Below are positions 9,904 to 19,731 of a stretch of 24,000 nucleotides of DNA, in pieces (within the stretch, counting starts at the first letter, position 1; every line of letters starts with the position of its first letter). This stretch comes from Deltaproteobacteria bacterium. Lineage in GTDB: Bacteria; Desulfobacterota; Desulfobulbia; Desulfobulbales; Desulfobulbaceae. Position numbers and translations under genes: made by a program. The notes beneath the pieces were generated by a model. The model was given only the letters and a program-made list of their open reading frames with translations. It had not been told where the DNA came from and did not search any database. The stretch is taken from contig JAJRTB010000219.1 in assembly GCA_024278495.1 (NCBI GenBank), positions 3,286-27,285 on the forward strand. The letters are read 5' to 3'.

Positions 9904-10211
9904 TCTTTTCCCCGGGCATGGAACGAAAGAGGGGTCAAATCTTTATCCTTGACAGGCGGAATATCTACGGCCGGGAATTTCCAGGGCGAACGGCGTTCGT
10001 CACCACTTTTTTCTGTTTCCCTGCAACCTGGGCCAGATTTCTTCCGTGCCTTGCGGCTGGCCGGATGTTTCAAGGTTCCCGGAGAACGGATGCCGCCGCC
10101 GGTGACACAGTCCGCATTCTTCAACAACCGGGCACCTCGCCATCATTATTCCATTATTGAATTTCATGTGCTACTATGGGAGTCACCTATCATCCCGGAG
10201 AATTCAATTCA

Positions 10212-10757
10212 ATGCCTGGACAAGCAAGCGGTACCGGTCAAGTCCCCCGTGATCTGACCGTTGTTGGTGATTTTGTAAAATACTTTGTCATCCTCTATAT
10301 TCCCTTTGTCATCATTGGGATAATTATAGGTTTGATCTTCAAGTCATTTTTCACAGCCGCTCTTGTCAACCCCATTATTTACGCGGGCGGCATCGCCGTC
10401 ATCATCATTGTCATCAAGCACGACGTCAACGACATCCTCGCTCTTGCAGGCCGGGCAAAGGATCAGCAGCTTGCCCTGCATATCAGATACGGTCAAGCCC
10501 TTCAAAAAACAAGTATCCTGATGGCTGCCGGTAAGTATGACGAGGCCCTGAGGTCCGTCAATGCCGTGTTGAAAAAAGAACCGGAATATGCCAATGCCCT
10601 GAATCTCAAGGGCCAGATCCAGCTGGAAGGCTTCGGCAGGTATGCGGCGGCCCGCTCCTGTTTTGAAAAGGTCATGGATCTGGCCGAACCGGAATCGGAA
10701 GATTACCGGCTGGCCGAATCTCTGGCAATGGCGGCATACAAGGCAGAAGAAAGATGA
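10212..10757 (+). CDS. Membrane protein with C-terminal TPR-like region
   Basis: Two hydrophobic segments (FVKYFVILYIPFVIIGIIIGLIFKSFF; ALVNPIIYAGGIAVIIIVI), then TPR-like GKYDEALRSVNAVLKKEPEYANALNLKGQIQLEGFGRYAAARSCFEKVMDLAEP. The start could also be 10176. Confidence 0.65.
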   Translation: MPGQASGTGQVPRDLTVVGDFVKYFVILYIPFVIIGIIIGLIFKSFFTAALVNPIIYAGGIAVIIIVIKHDVNDILALAGRAKDQQLALHIRYGQALQKTSILMAAGKYDEALRSVNAVLKKEPEYANALNLKGQIQLEGFGRYAAARSCFEKVMDLAEPESEDYRLAESLAMAAYKAEER

Positions 10758-10815
10758 AGTACGGCCGTCGCCGGAAAAAAACACAGCGGTACCAACCACC
10801 AACAAGGTGCGCCCG

Positions 10816-11838
10816 ATGAACAAACAGCCGCAACTCCCGTCCCGGCCGGACCGCCGGCGGTTCCTGCAGATGATCGGCATTGCCGGCGGTGTCGGCGTAC
10901 TCTGGCACCTCGGTCTCGGGTCGGCCGACCCGAGAATACACACCGTCCGCCAAAGCAGGGTCCTGATGGGTACCCAGATCAACCTGATCGTCTTTGGGCC
11001 GGATCCGGTGGAATGCGATCAAGCCGTGCAGGCCACCTTTGCCCGGATGGATGAGCTGACGACCAGGCTGAGCAGACACAACCAGACAAGCGAGCTGGCC
11101 AGGCTCAACACCCGGGGCAGGCTTGTCAGGCCGGGCCGGGATCTCTGCCGGGTACTGGAGCTGGCCGAGCGGATCAGCCGTCTCTCGGAAGGCGCCTTTG
11201 ACGTCACCATCCTGCCCCTGCAGGAACTCTATGCCCGGGCCGCGGCCCGGAACACCCTGCCGGACAGGGACCGGATCGCCGCAACTCTGCGCCTGGTTGA
11301 TCATACCATGATCCACTTCGACGAGACCGCTGTAACGCTGGCGAAAAAGGGCATGGCCATCACCCTGGACGGCATTGCCAAGGGATATATTGTTGACCAG
11401 GGGATCGCCGCTCTGCGTCAACGAAACTTTCCCAATGTCTACGTTGAGGCCGGCGGCGATCTGCGGGTCGCCGGCGTCAAGCCCGGCAACAGGCCGTGGC
11501 GTATAGGCATCCGCAATCCCCGGCCGGACAAAGCCAATGAACTGGTCACGATTGCCATGGCCGACCGGGCCGTGGCCACCTCGGGTGACTACATGCAGCC
11601 CTTCAGCGCTGATCTGCGCAACCACCATATCATCGATCCCCGCACCGGTCATTCACCGCCCGAGCTGGCCAGCGCCACGGTCACGGCACCCACCGTCGCC
11701 CTGGCCGACGGTCTGGCGACCGCTGCCATGGTGCTGGGACCGCGCCGGGCCATTGCCATGCTGGAGGCCCTGCCCGACTGTGAAGGGTTCTTTATCGGCA
11801 AGGACCTGCGCCGCTACCAAACCCGTGGCTTCAGCTGA
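10816..11838 (+). CDS. apbE: FAD:protein FMN transferase (ApbE), exported flavinylation factor
   Basis: RRRFLQMIGIAGG twin-arginine-like signal; VLMGTQINLIVFG, AKGYIVDQGIAALRQ, NVYVEAGGDLRVAG, ATSGDYMQPF, HHIIDPRTGHSP. It immediately precedes nqrA. Confidence 0.93.
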   Translation: MNKQPQLPSRPDRRRFLQMIGIAGGVGVLWHLGLGSADPRIHTVRQSRVLMGTQINLIVFGPDPVECDQAVQATFARMDELTTRLSRHNQTSELARLNTRGRLVRPGRDLCRVLELAERISRLSEGAFDVTILPLQELYARAAARNTLPDRDRIAATLRLVDHTMIHFDETAVTLAKKGMAITLDGIAKGYIVDQGIAALRQRNFPNVYVEAGGDLRVAGVKPGNRPWRIGIRNPRPDKANELVTIAMADRAVATSGDYMQPFSADLRNHHIIDPRTGHSPPELASATVTAPTVALADGLATAAMVLGPRRAIAMLEALPDCEGFFIGKDLRRYQTRGFS

Positions 11839-11839
11839 T

Positions 11840-13195
11840 ATGCAGTGTCTTCGCCTTTCCAGGGGACTGGATATCCCCCTTGCCGGGGAACCCGACCAGG
11901 TCGTTAAGCCCGGCCCGGCCATCCGGCACGTCGCTCTGATCGGCGACGACTATCCTGGCCTGAAACCCACCCTGCTGGTCCGTGTGGGTGAAACGGTCCG
12001 GCTGGGCCAGCCCCTGTTCACGGACAAAAAGAACCCCACCGTTTTTTTTACGGCCCCGGCCGGCGGCACCGTCAAGGAGATCAACCGGGGCGCGAAAAGG
12101 AAATTTGAATCCCTGGTCATTGCCCTGGAGGAGCATGAACCCGTTACCTTCCCCGTCCCGGCCGACCGGAACGTTGCCGGGCTGCCGCCGGAGGAGATCA
12201 AAAAAAACCTGCAGGAATCGGGCCTCTGGTGCGGATTCCGCACCAGGCCGTTCGGCCGGATCCCGGCGGCGGCCGACCTGCCGGCATCGCTCTTTATCAC
12301 GGCCGTCGACACCCGGCCCCTGGCTGGTGATCCCCAAATCATCCTTGCCCGCCGGCGGGACGATTTCAACCTGGGCCTGCGGGTCCTGCGCCGTTTCCCG
12401 GCCGTTCCGCTCTATTTCTGCACCTCGGACGACTTTGACCCGGAAGGTTTTGAACTCGATGGCGTGCACCACGTCGGTTTCCGCGGCCCGCATCCGGCCG
12501 GACTGCCGTCCACCCACATCCATTTCCTTGACCCGGTCCATGCCGGCAAGCAGGTCTGGCACATCTGCTGCCAGGATGTTATCGGAATCGGCCATCTGTT
12601 CCGGACCGGTCAACTGCCGACCGAAAAAACCATTGCCCTGGCCGGACCGGGCATCAGCAACCCCGCCCTGGTCCGGACCCGGATCGGCGCCGACCTGACC
12701 GAACTCTGCGCTGAACGGCTGACCGGGGCCCCTTCCCGGCGAATCCTGTCCGGCTCCGTGCTGGACGGGCGACGGGCCGCCGGACCGCTCGCCTACCTGG
12801 GCCGCTATCACAACCAGGTCAGCGTGATCCCGGAAGGCACCAGCCGTGGTTTCCTGAACTGGCTGCGGCCCGGCCGGGACCGCTTTTCCGTCACCGGTCT
12901 TTTCCTCTCCTCCCTGCTGCCGCAAACCGGGAAATTCGTTATGTCCAGCGCAACCTGGGGCGGGCAGCGGGCAATTTTCCCGCTCGGCACCTATGAGAAG
13001 GTGATGCCCCTTGATATCATTGCCACCCCCCTGCTGAAAAGCCTGGCGGTACAGGACATTGAAAAGGCGGAACTGCTGGGCTGCCTGGAGCTGATAGAAG
13101 AAGATCTTGCTCTGTGCTCCTTTGTCTGCCCCGGCAAAAACAACTACGGCCCCATGCTGCGCGAGATCCTGACAACGATTGAACGAGAAGGCTGA
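11840..13195 (+). CDS. nqrA: Na+-translocating NADH:quinone reductase subunit A
   Basis: [20 protein letters not shown]..., [29 protein letters not shown], plus synteny with nqrBCDEF. ATG 11840 starts 1 nt after the apbE stop. Confidence 0.9.
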   Translation: MQCLRLSRGLDIPLAGEPDQVVKPGPAIRHVALIGDDYPGLKPTLLVRVGETVRLGQPLFTDKKNPTVFFTAPAGGTVKEINRGAKRKFESLVIALEEHEPVTFPVPADRNVAGLPPEEIKKNLQESGLWCGFRTRPFGRIPAAADLPASLFITAVDTRPLAGDPQIILARRRDDFNLGLRVLRRFPAVPLYFCTSDDFDPEGFELDGVHHVGFRGPHPAGLPSTHIHFLDPVHAGKQVWHICCQDVIGIGHLFRTGQLPTEKTIALAGPGISNPALVRTRIGADLTELCAERLTGAPSRRILSGSVLDGRRAAGPLAYLGRYHNQVSVIPEGTSRGFLNWLRPGRDRFSVTGLFLSSLLPQTGKFVMSSATWGGQRAIFPLGTYEKVMPLDIIATPLLKSLAVQDIEKAELLGCLELIEEDLALCSFVCPGKNNYGPMLREILTTIEREG

Positions 13196-13209
13196 AGCCG
13201 ACGGACCCC

Positions 13210-14418
13210 ATGCGATTTCTCCACGGATTGTTCAAGAAAACAGAACCTCTCTTCACCGGAGACGGCCTGCTGGCCCGCTGGTACCCCCTGTTCGAGGCAG
13301 CGGATTCTTTTCTCTTTGACAGCGGCCGGACAACCGGGACGGCCCCGCATGTCCGCGACGCGGTCAACATGAAGCGCATCATGATCACGGTGGTCATTGC
13401 CCTGCTCCCCTGCATTGGCATGGCTGTCTGGAATACCGGCTACCAGGCCAACCTGGCCCTCCGGGCCCTGGGCGCCTCAGTGCCGGCCGGCTGGCGGGGC
13501 GCAATCATGGCGCCCATAGGCTGCGATCCGGCCAGCCTGTGGGCCAACCTGGTCCACGGCAGTCTCTATTTTCTGCCCATTTACCTGGTGACCATGCTGG
13601 TCGGAGGATTCTGGGAATGTCTGTTCAGCATTGGGCGCCGGCATGAAATTTCTGAAGCATTTCTGGTGACCGGCCTCCTCTTTCCCCTCACCCTGCCGCC
13701 CGGCGTGCCGCTCTGGCAGGTCGCGGTGGGCATCAGTTTCGGAGTCGTCTTTGCCAAGGAGGTGTTCGGCGGAGTCGGCCGCAACTTCATGAATCCGGCC
13801 CTGGTCGCCCGGGCCTTTCTCTACTTTGCCTACCCGGCCCGGATGAGCGGCGACCTGGTGTGGACGGCCGTGGACGGTTTTACCCGGGCCACGCCCCTGG
13901 CCGTCATATCCGCCGCCCGACCGGACAAAGTCATGGACGCGCTTTCCATCACCTGGAGCCAGGCCTTTCTGGGTACCATTCCCGGTTCCATGGGCGAGAC
14001 CTCTGCCCTGGCCTGCCTCCTGGGCGCGGCGATTCTGCTCGGTACCAGCATTGCTTCCTGGCGGATCATGGCCTCCATGCTGTTTGGCGGTTTTGGCGCC
14101 GCCCTGCTCTTTTTCCTGAGCACCAGTCCCACCAACCCCATGTTCGCCGTGCCGCCGCACTGGCACCTGGTCCTCGGCGGTTTTGCCTTCGGCCTGGTCT
14201 TCATGGCAACCGATCCGGTCACGGCGGCCGCCACCCGGGTCGGCCAGTGGCTGTACGGCCTGTTCATCGGCGCCCTGGCCATCATCATCAGGGTGCTCAA
14301 CCCCGCCTTCCCCGAGGGGGTGATGCTGGCGATCCTGCTGGGCAACGTGGTGGCGCCGTTTATCGACTACTTTGTCATCCAGGCAAACATCAAACGAAGG
14401 ATGGTGCGTCATGGCTGA
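13210..14418 (+). CDS. nqrB: Na+-NQR subunit B
   Basis: Polytopic NqrB/RnfD-family protein: [96 protein letters not shown]. Confidence 0.92.
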   Translation: MRFLHGLFKKTEPLFTGDGLLARWYPLFEAADSFLFDSGRTTGTAPHVRDAVNMKRIMITVVIALLPCIGMAVWNTGYQANLALRALGASVPAGWRGAIMAPIGCDPASLWANLVHGSLYFLPIYLVTMLVGGFWECLFSIGRRHEISEAFLVTGLLFPLTLPPGVPLWQVAVGISFGVVFAKEVFGGVGRNFMNPALVARAFLYFAYPARMSGDLVWTAVDGFTRATPLAVISAARPDKVMDALSITWSQAFLGTIPGSMGETSALACLLGAAILLGTSIASWRIMASMLFGGFGAALLFFLSTSPTNPMFAVPPHWHLVLGGFAFGLVFMATDPVTAAATRVGQWLYGLFIGALAIIIRVLNPAFPEGVMLAILLGNVVAPFIDYFVIQANIKRRMVRHG

Positions 14419-15193
14419 ACATTCCGCCGCCAAACCGTTTTATTCCGTCCTGGTGCTGGCCTTTGTCTGTTCGGCCCTGGTCTCCGGCGCGGCAGTGGGA
14501 CTGCGCCCCTATCAGGAGGCCAACCGCCGGGCCGACCAGAAGAAAAACATCCTGCGGGCCGCGGGACTCTATCGGCCCGACACACCGGTCGAAGCTCTTT
14601 TCGCCGATATCGAGACCAGAATTATCGACCTGCAAACCGGCGCCTGGCTGACCCGGGGACCTGACCCGGAGACCTATGATCAGCTCCAGGCCGCCCTCAG
14701 CAACGACCAGGGCCGTCCGCTTGCCAAACAAGACGATATTGCCGGTCTGCGACGCCTGGAAAAATACGCCCTGGTCTACCTGGTGCGCCGGGGCAACAAA
14801 ACCGGGCAGATCATCCTGCCGGTCCGGGGCAAGGGCTTATGGTCAACCATGTACGGCTACGTTGCCCTTGACGCCGACCTGCGGACAATCCGTGGCATCA
14901 GCTTTTACGAACACGGGGAAACGCCGGGCCTGGGCGGCGAAATAGAGAACCCCAGGTGGCAGGCCGCCTGGCAGGGCAAAAAGATGTACTCGCCGACCGG
15001 CACTGTTTCGCTCCGGATCGTCAAAGGCAAGGCTGCCGCAACCGGGGATGCGGCCATGTACCAGGTGGACGGTCTGTCCGGGGCCACAATGACGGCCCGG
15101 GGCGTTGAAAACCTCATGCGTTTCTGGTTCGGCGAGCACGGCTTCAAGCCCTTCTTTGACCGTCGGCGCCAACAGGGAGGAATCGATGGCTGA
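14411..15193 (+). CDS. nqrC: Na+-NQR subunit C (covalent FMN subunit)
   Basis: Single N-terminal TM; FMN-attachment motif [23 protein letters not shown] 14411 overlaps the nqrB stop. Confidence 0.92.
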   Translation: MAEHSAAKPFYSVLVLAFVCSALVSGAAVGLRPYQEANRRADQKKNILRAAGLYRPDTPVEALFADIETRIIDLQTGAWLTRGPDPETYDQLQAALSNDQGRPLAKQDDIAGLRRLEKYALVYLVRRGNKTGQIILPVRGKGLWSTMYGYVALDADLRTIRGISFYEHGETPGLGGEIENPRWQAAWQGKKMYSPTGTVSLRIVKGKAAATGDAAMYQVDGLSGATMTARGVENLMRFWFGEHGFKPFFDRRRQQGGIDG

Positions 15194-15809
15194 ATCCAAC
15201 CGCGACCTGCTGACCCGCTCCATTCTTCAGCGCAATCCCATCGCCCTGCTGGTGCTGGGCATCTGCTCGGCCCTGGCCGTCACCTCGCAGATGACCACCG
15301 CCCTGGTGATGGCGATCTGCGTTACCCTGGTAACGGCCCTGTCCGGCTTTACCATCAGCGTGGTCCGTTTTCAGATTCCCAACAGCGTCCGGGTCGGCAT
15401 CCAGATAACGGTCATCGCCACCCTGGTCATTCTGATCGACCAGTTCCTGCGCGCCTTCTATTTTGACCTGTCCAGGCAACTCTCCATCTATGTCGGCCTG
15501 ATCATAACCAACTGCATCATCATGGGACGGGCCGAAGGGTTTGCCATGAGCAACCCGCCCATCCCCAGTTTCATCGACGGTATAGGCAACGGTCTCGGAT
15601 ACGGCCTGGTGCTGCTGTTTGTCGCCTTTTTTCGTGAGCTGCTGGGATCCGGCACCCTGTTCGGCGTCGAGATCCTGCCGCTTGCCACCGAGGGCGGCTG
15701 GTACCCGCGCAACGGCATCTTTATCCTTCCGGTCAGCGCCTTTTTCCTGATTGCCCTGCTTATCTGGCTGCTGCGCACGCTGGATCCGGCCCAACAGGAG
15801 AAAGAATGA
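15186..15809 (+). CDS. nqrD: Na+-NQR subunit D
   Basis: [68 protein letters not shown]. Confidence 0.93.
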   Translation: MAESNRDLLTRSILQRNPIALLVLGICSALAVTSQMTTALVMAICVTLVTALSGFTISVVRFQIPNSVRVGIQITVIATLVILIDQFLRAFYFDLSRQLSIYVGLIITNCIIMGRAEGFAMSNPPIPSFIDGIGNGLGYGLVLLFVAFFRELLGSGTLFGVEILPLATEGGWYPRNGIFILPVSAFFLIALLIWLLRTLDPAQQEKE

Positions 15810-15861
15810 TGAACGCCCCACCCCTGACCGCAGCCCGGCAACGCAACGAACGGTGATACCT

Positions 15862-16464
15862 ATGGGTCATTATCTGGATATTATCTACCGGTCGATTTTC
15901 CTTGAAAACCTGCCCCTGAGCTTCTTTCTGGGCATGTGTACCTTCCTGGCCATTTCCAGAAAGGTCAAAACCGCCATCGGTCTCGGCCTGGCCGTTCTTG
16001 TCCTCATGATCATTACCGTGCCCATCAACAACCTGATCCTCAACATCCTGCTCAAGCCCGGAGCCCTGGCCTGGGCCGGTCAACACGAGCTGGACCTGAC
16101 CTTTCTCGGCCTGCTGACCTATATCGGCGTCATTGCCGCCGTGGTGCAGGTCCTGGAGATGTTCCTGGACCGGTTTTCGCCTGCCCTGTACAATACCCTG
16201 GGCATCTTTCTGCCCCTGCTCACGGTGAACTGCGCCATTTTTGGCGCCACCCTGTTCATGGTGGAGCGCGATTATACCTTTGCGGAAAGCGTCGCCTACG
16301 GTTTCGGAGCCGGAGCCGGTTTTTTCCTGGCCGTTGTTCTGCTGGCCGGAATCCGTGAGAAACTTGAATACGCCGATCCCCCCGCGGGCCTGCGGGGCCT
16401 GGGCTTGACGTTTATAAGCGCCGGTCTGATAGCCCTGGCCTTCATGGGGCTGGCCGGGCTGTAA
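15862..16464 (+). CDS. nqrE: Na+-NQR subunit E
   Basis: [78 protein letters not shown]. Confidence 0.93.
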   Translation: MGHYLDIIYRSIFLENLPLSFFLGMCTFLAISRKVKTAIGLGLAVLVLMIITVPINNLILNILLKPGALAWAGQHELDLTFLGLLTYIGVIAAVVQVLEMFLDRFSPALYNTLGIFLPLLTVNCAIFGATLFMVERDYTFAESVAYGFGAGAGFFLAVVLLAGIREKLEYADPPAGLRGLGLTFISAGLIALAFMGLAGL

Positions 16465-16539
16465 CCGTCGGGAACAGACGGACTGCCGCGCACCGAAAAC
16501 AGAATGATGACCACCGGTCCGGACACTCGATAAACAGAT

Positions 16540-17763
16540 ATGAATGAAATCATTTTCGGCATTCTCTGCTATCTCATCCTCCAGCTGATCCTGGTCAGCC
16601 TGATCGTGCTGGCCCGGAAATCCCTGGTGCCCGGCGGTAGCATCTCCATCCTCATCAACGGGGACAGGGAACTGACCGTCTCACCCGGCGGCAAACTGCT
16701 CACCTCCCTGGCTGAACAGGAAATCTACCTCTCCTCGGCCTGCGGCGGCGGGGGCACCTGCGGCCAATGCAGGGTCGTGGTTGAGGAAGGCGGCGGAGCC
16801 ATCCTGCCCACCGAACGATCGCTGATCAATATCTTTGAGGCCCGGGCCGGGGTACGGTTGGCCTGCCAGGTCCCGGTCAGGCACGACCTCAAAATCCGGA
16901 TCCCGCCGGAGATGCTCGAAACCCGGAAATGGCAATGCCGGGTCCGCTCCAACAACAACGTGGCCACCTTTATCAAGGAACTCGTGCTGGAACTGCCGCC
17001 CGGCGAAGAGCTCAATTTCAGGCCGGGCGGATTTATCCAGATCGAGGTGCCGCCCCACGCGCTTTCCTACGCCAGTTTTGATATAGATGAGCGGTTCCTG
17101 GCCGACTGGAAAAAATTCAAGATGTTCCAGTACACATCCCACGTCCACACCCCAGTTACCAGGGCCTACTCCATGGCCAACTACCCGGGCGAGAAGGGCA
17201 TCATCAAGCTCAACGTCAGGATTGCCAGTCCGCCGCCCCGGGGACCGGCAGGCATTCCGCCCGGCAAGGTCTCTTCCTACATCTTCAATCTCAAGCCTGG
17301 CGACACAGTGACCATTTCCGGACCGTTTGGTGATTTTTTCATCGAAGACAGCAATTCGGAAATGCTCTACATCGGCGGCGGAGCCGGCATGGCGCCCCTG
17401 CGCAGTCACATCTTCGAGCTCTTCAAGGGCCGCAGGACAAAACGAAAGGTATCCTTCTGGTACGGCGCCCGCAGCCTCCGGGAAATTTTTTACGCCGGGG
17501 AGTTTGAGGAACTGGCCCGGAACCATGAAAATTTTTCATTTCATGTTGCCCTGTCCGAACCCCAACCCGAGGACGACTGGCAGGGACTGACCGGCTTCAT
17601 CCACCAGGTTCTCTTTGACAACTATCTGCGGGATCATCCGGCTCCGGAAGACATCAACTACTACATGTGCGGTCCGCCCATGATGACCAGGGCGGTGCTG
17701 GACATGCTTGATACCCTCGGGGTAGAGCCTGAAAACATCCACTTTGACGATTTCGGCGGCTGA
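16540..17763 (+). CDS. nqrF: Na+-NQR subunit F (NADH dehydrogenase, 2Fe-2S and FAD)
   Basis: 2Fe-2[13 protein letters not shown]...C; FAD motif RAYSMANYP; NADH-binding [18 protein letters not shown]; [17 protein letters not shown]. Confidence 0.95.
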   Translation: MNEIIFGILCYLILQLILVSLIVLARKSLVPGGSISILINGDRELTVSPGGKLLTSLAEQEIYLSSACGGGGTCGQCRVVVEEGGGAILPTERSLINIFEARAGVRLACQVPVRHDLKIRIPPEMLETRKWQCRVRSNNNVATFIKELVLELPPGEELNFRPGGFIQIEVPPHALSYASFDIDERFLADWKKFKMFQYTSHVHTPVTRAYSMANYPGEKGIIKLNVRIASPPPRGPAGIPPGKVSSYIFNLKPGDTVTISGPFGDFFIEDSNSEMLYIGGGAGMAPLRSHIFELFKGRRTKRKVSFWYGARSLREIFYAGEFEELARNHENFSFHVALSEPQPEDDWQGLTGFIHQVLFDNYLRDHPAPEDINYYMCGPPMMTRAVLDMLDTLGVEPENIHFDDFGG

Positions 17764-17840
17764 CGCCCTGTTCCGGGGAATCCCTGCGCCGGAACAGATC
17801 CGCCCGCGTCCACAGGTCCCACCCAGACCCAGGAGACAAA

Positions 17841-18086
17841 ATGCGGCTTTTCATCCTTACTCTGCTTATTACCCTGGGAGTCATGCTCCTGTTCGTCTGG
17901 TTCTTCTCCTTGTGCCGCCGTAAGCTCCGGGGAACGCGGCACGGGTTGAGCGGCATGTGCCGTAAAACAGGCGGTTCCGTCTGTGCCGCCTGTCGGAAGA
18001 CGACGGCCAAGGGCGGGCCCGCTCCGGAGCGGACTGCCGGACAGGCCGAACAACATGTCACGGCGGAGGATGACGCCGAGGCCTGA
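17841..18086 (+). CDS. nqrM: Small membrane protein, NqrM-like Na+-NQR maturation factor
   Basis: 81 aa, one N-terminal TM (LFILTLLITLGVMLLFVWFFS) followed by a 4-Cys region LCRRKL...GMCRKTGGSVCAACRK. Located directly after nqrF with SD CAGGAGAC. Confidence 0.62.
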   Translation: MRLFILTLLITLGVMLLFVWFFSLCRRKLRGTRHGLSGMCRKTGGSVCAACRKTTAKGGPAPERTAGQAEQHVTAEDDAEA

Positions 18087-18128
18087 ACGACCAAACAAGA
18101 ACTGTCATGTACCGGTCCTGAAGAGAAC

Positions 18129-18157
18129 TTGACAACGCCTCGCCCATCGCCTATCGT
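18129..18157 (+). promoter_or_regulatory. Candidate sigma70-type promoter of the arsR-hgcAB operon
   Basis: TTGACA (18129-18134), 17-nt spacer, TATCGT (18152-18157), upstream of SD AGAGGA and ATG 18180. Confidence 0.55.
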
Positions 18158-18169
18158 AGAGTAACGATA
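18152..18169. promoter_or_regulatory. Perfect inverted repeat TATCGT-N6-ACGATA overlapping the -10; candidate ArsR operator
   Basis: TATCGTAGAGTAACGATA read directly between the promoter and the arsR start. Confidence 0.45.
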
Positions 18170-18179
18170 AAGAGGAACC

Positions 18180-18524
18180 ATGTATATTGAACCCGCGACC
18201 ACCACGGCGGCCGGTCCCGAAAAGACAACGCCCGGAGAGCTGGCAGGTCTGTGCAAGGCCCTGGGACATCCGGCCCGTATACAAATCCTGTACCACCTGC
18301 TCAGGGAGGACCGCTGTATCTGCGGCCGGATCGTCGAGGTCATGCCCCTGGCCCAGTCCACGGTCAGTCAGCACCTGAAGATACTCAAGGAAGCCGGCCT
18401 GGTCCAGGGCGAGGTCGAGGGGCCCAGCACCTGTTACTGCGTCAACCGGAAGACACTGGCCCGTCTCTGCGTCGCCATGTCCGACCTGTTGCACTGCGAG
18501 GGAAAAGATGAAAATAATCCATGA
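18180..18524 (+). CDS. ArsR/SmtB-family transcriptional regulator
   Basis: [58 protein letters not shown]: winged-helix ArsR signature with a CxC motif resembling the ELCVCDL thiolate metal site. Confidence 0.93.
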   Translation: MYIEPATTTAAGPEKTTPGELAGLCKALGHPARIQILYHLLREDRCICGRIVEVMPLAQSTVSQHLKILKEAGLVQGEVEGPSTCYCVNRKTLARLCVAMSDLLHCEGKDENNP

Positions 18525-19701
18525 ACAGCCGGAGCCGATACCGCTCCAACCGGCCGGCCAGTTCGGCTCGCCTCTTCCCGTCATCCCGGCCGACAGCGCT
18601 GATGACGCGCCCTGCTGAGGCCCCAGGCCCGATCCCAGGTCAGGGGTCCATGATCTGCCCGGTTACACGGTCAATCCCTTTGTCGATTCCTTTGTCGAAA
18701 CACCGGCGGGAGCGGTGCCCCGGGTCCGCACGACCTTAAGCCTGCGTGACCGCCTGGGTACCGTCAGGGCCCGCATCGGTATTGCCCGAAACCGGTACAA
18801 GATACATCCCGGTCTCTACTGCGTGGGCAATCCCGCGCCCGAATCACCGGTCCTGGTGACCGCCAACTACAAACTCAGTTTCGATGCCCTGCGCAAGGAA
18901 CTCAACGGGATCGACGCCTGGATCCTGGTGGCCGACACCCGGGGCATCAATGTCTGGTGTTCTGCCGGTAAAAAAACGTTTTCCCACGATGAAGTGGCCC
19001 TGCAGGTCAAGAGAGCGCGACTGGCCGAGATCGTCTCGCACCGGGAGCTGATCCTGCCCCAGCTTGCCGCGCCCGGCATAGCTGCCCACAAACTGAAAAA
19101 GGCCTGCGGTTTCAGGGGAATCTACGGCCCTGTACAGGCCCGGGACATTCCCCGTTTCCTGCACAACGACCGGCGGATCGGGGACGGTATGCGGGCCGTT
19201 ACCTTTACCTTCCGGGAGCGACTGGTCCTGGTCCCGGTGGAGATCGCCCTGGTCTGGAAACTTTTTCTGCTCGTGGTCATCGGGATGTTCGCCCTCTCGG
19301 GAATCGGCCCGGATCTCTTCTCGTGGCAGACAGCCCTGTCCAGGGGGATGCTGGCCGCCGGGGCCACGACCCTGGCCGTCCTCGCAGGCGCCCTGCTGAC
19401 CCCCGTCCTCCTGCCCTGGATTCCGGGCCGCCAGTTCTGGTTCAAGGGAGCCCTGGCCGGAGGATTTGCCGGTCTGCTCTATACCCTGACCGCCGCCGGA
19501 GAGACATCCCTCCCCGACCGGGCGGCCCTGCTGCTCTGGATCACGGCGGCCGCATCCTACATGGCCATGAACTTCACCGGCGCCACCCCCTTTACCTCGC
19601 TGTCCGGAGTCAAATACGAGATGCAGCGGGGCCTGGCCTTTCAGTGCATCGTCTCGGCCGTCGCCCTCATTCTCTGGCTGGCAGCCCCCTTTACCGGTTA
19701 A
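18508..19701 (+). CDS. hgcA: HgcA, corrinoid protein of mercury methylation, with an in-frame TGA at codon 37 (possible selenocysteine)
   Basis: Cap-helix motif [11 protein letters not shown] in context [51 protein letters not shown], a C-terminal multi-TM domain, and hgcB immediately downstream. Start ATG 18508 has GAGGGA upstream. The reading frame is open on both sides of TGA 18616-18618. Confidence 0.9.
18616..18618 (+). other. In-frame TGA within hgcA, candidate UGA(Sec) codon
   Basis: ...GCT GAT GAC GCG CCC TGC TGA GGC CCC AGG CCC GAT... The same frame continues into [34 protein letters not shown] and the HgcA core. Confidence 0.5.
18636..18657 (+). promoter_or_regulatory. Candidate bacterial SECIS stem-loop downstream of the hgcA TGA
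   Basis: CAGGTCA (18636-18642) pairs with TGATCTG (18651-18657), 7 bp including one G-U. The 8-nt loop GGGGTCCA starts 24 nt after the TGA with G in the first positions. Confidence 0.45.
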
Positions 19702-19731
19702 ACAAAACTTGCGGAGAGGAAACCAGGGAAT

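Noticed and set aside
9920-9955. GAAAGAGGGGTCAAATCTTTATCCTTGAC resembling transposase- or REP-associated flanks
   Set aside because: Only one copy is seen here, with no transposase ORF and no clear hairpin; insufficient support from this window.
10816-18086. Reading the cluster as an Rnf complex
   Set aside because: The A subunit is NqrA-like and the last subunit is a 2Fe-2S/FAD/NADH NqrF. There is no RnfB or polyferredoxin-type RnfC.
18619-18648. Alternative hairpin GGCCCC...GGGGTC immediately after the hgcA TGA
   Set aside because: It pairs well, but its apical loop starts only about 11 nt after the TGA, too close for a typical bacterial SECIS. The 18636-18657 hairpin fits the spacing better. 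The two are mutually exclusive, so a folding program is needed.
18521-18739. Frame-2 [18 protein letters not shown]...SMICPVTRS as the hgcA N-terminus via a frameshift
   Set aside because: A 1-nt G insertion near 18661 would also join [12 protein letters not shown] to HgcA. But the frame-1 reading from ATG 18508 has an SD and needs only TGA readthrough or a TGC codon, with no frameshift. The frameshift remains an alternative for read-level checking.
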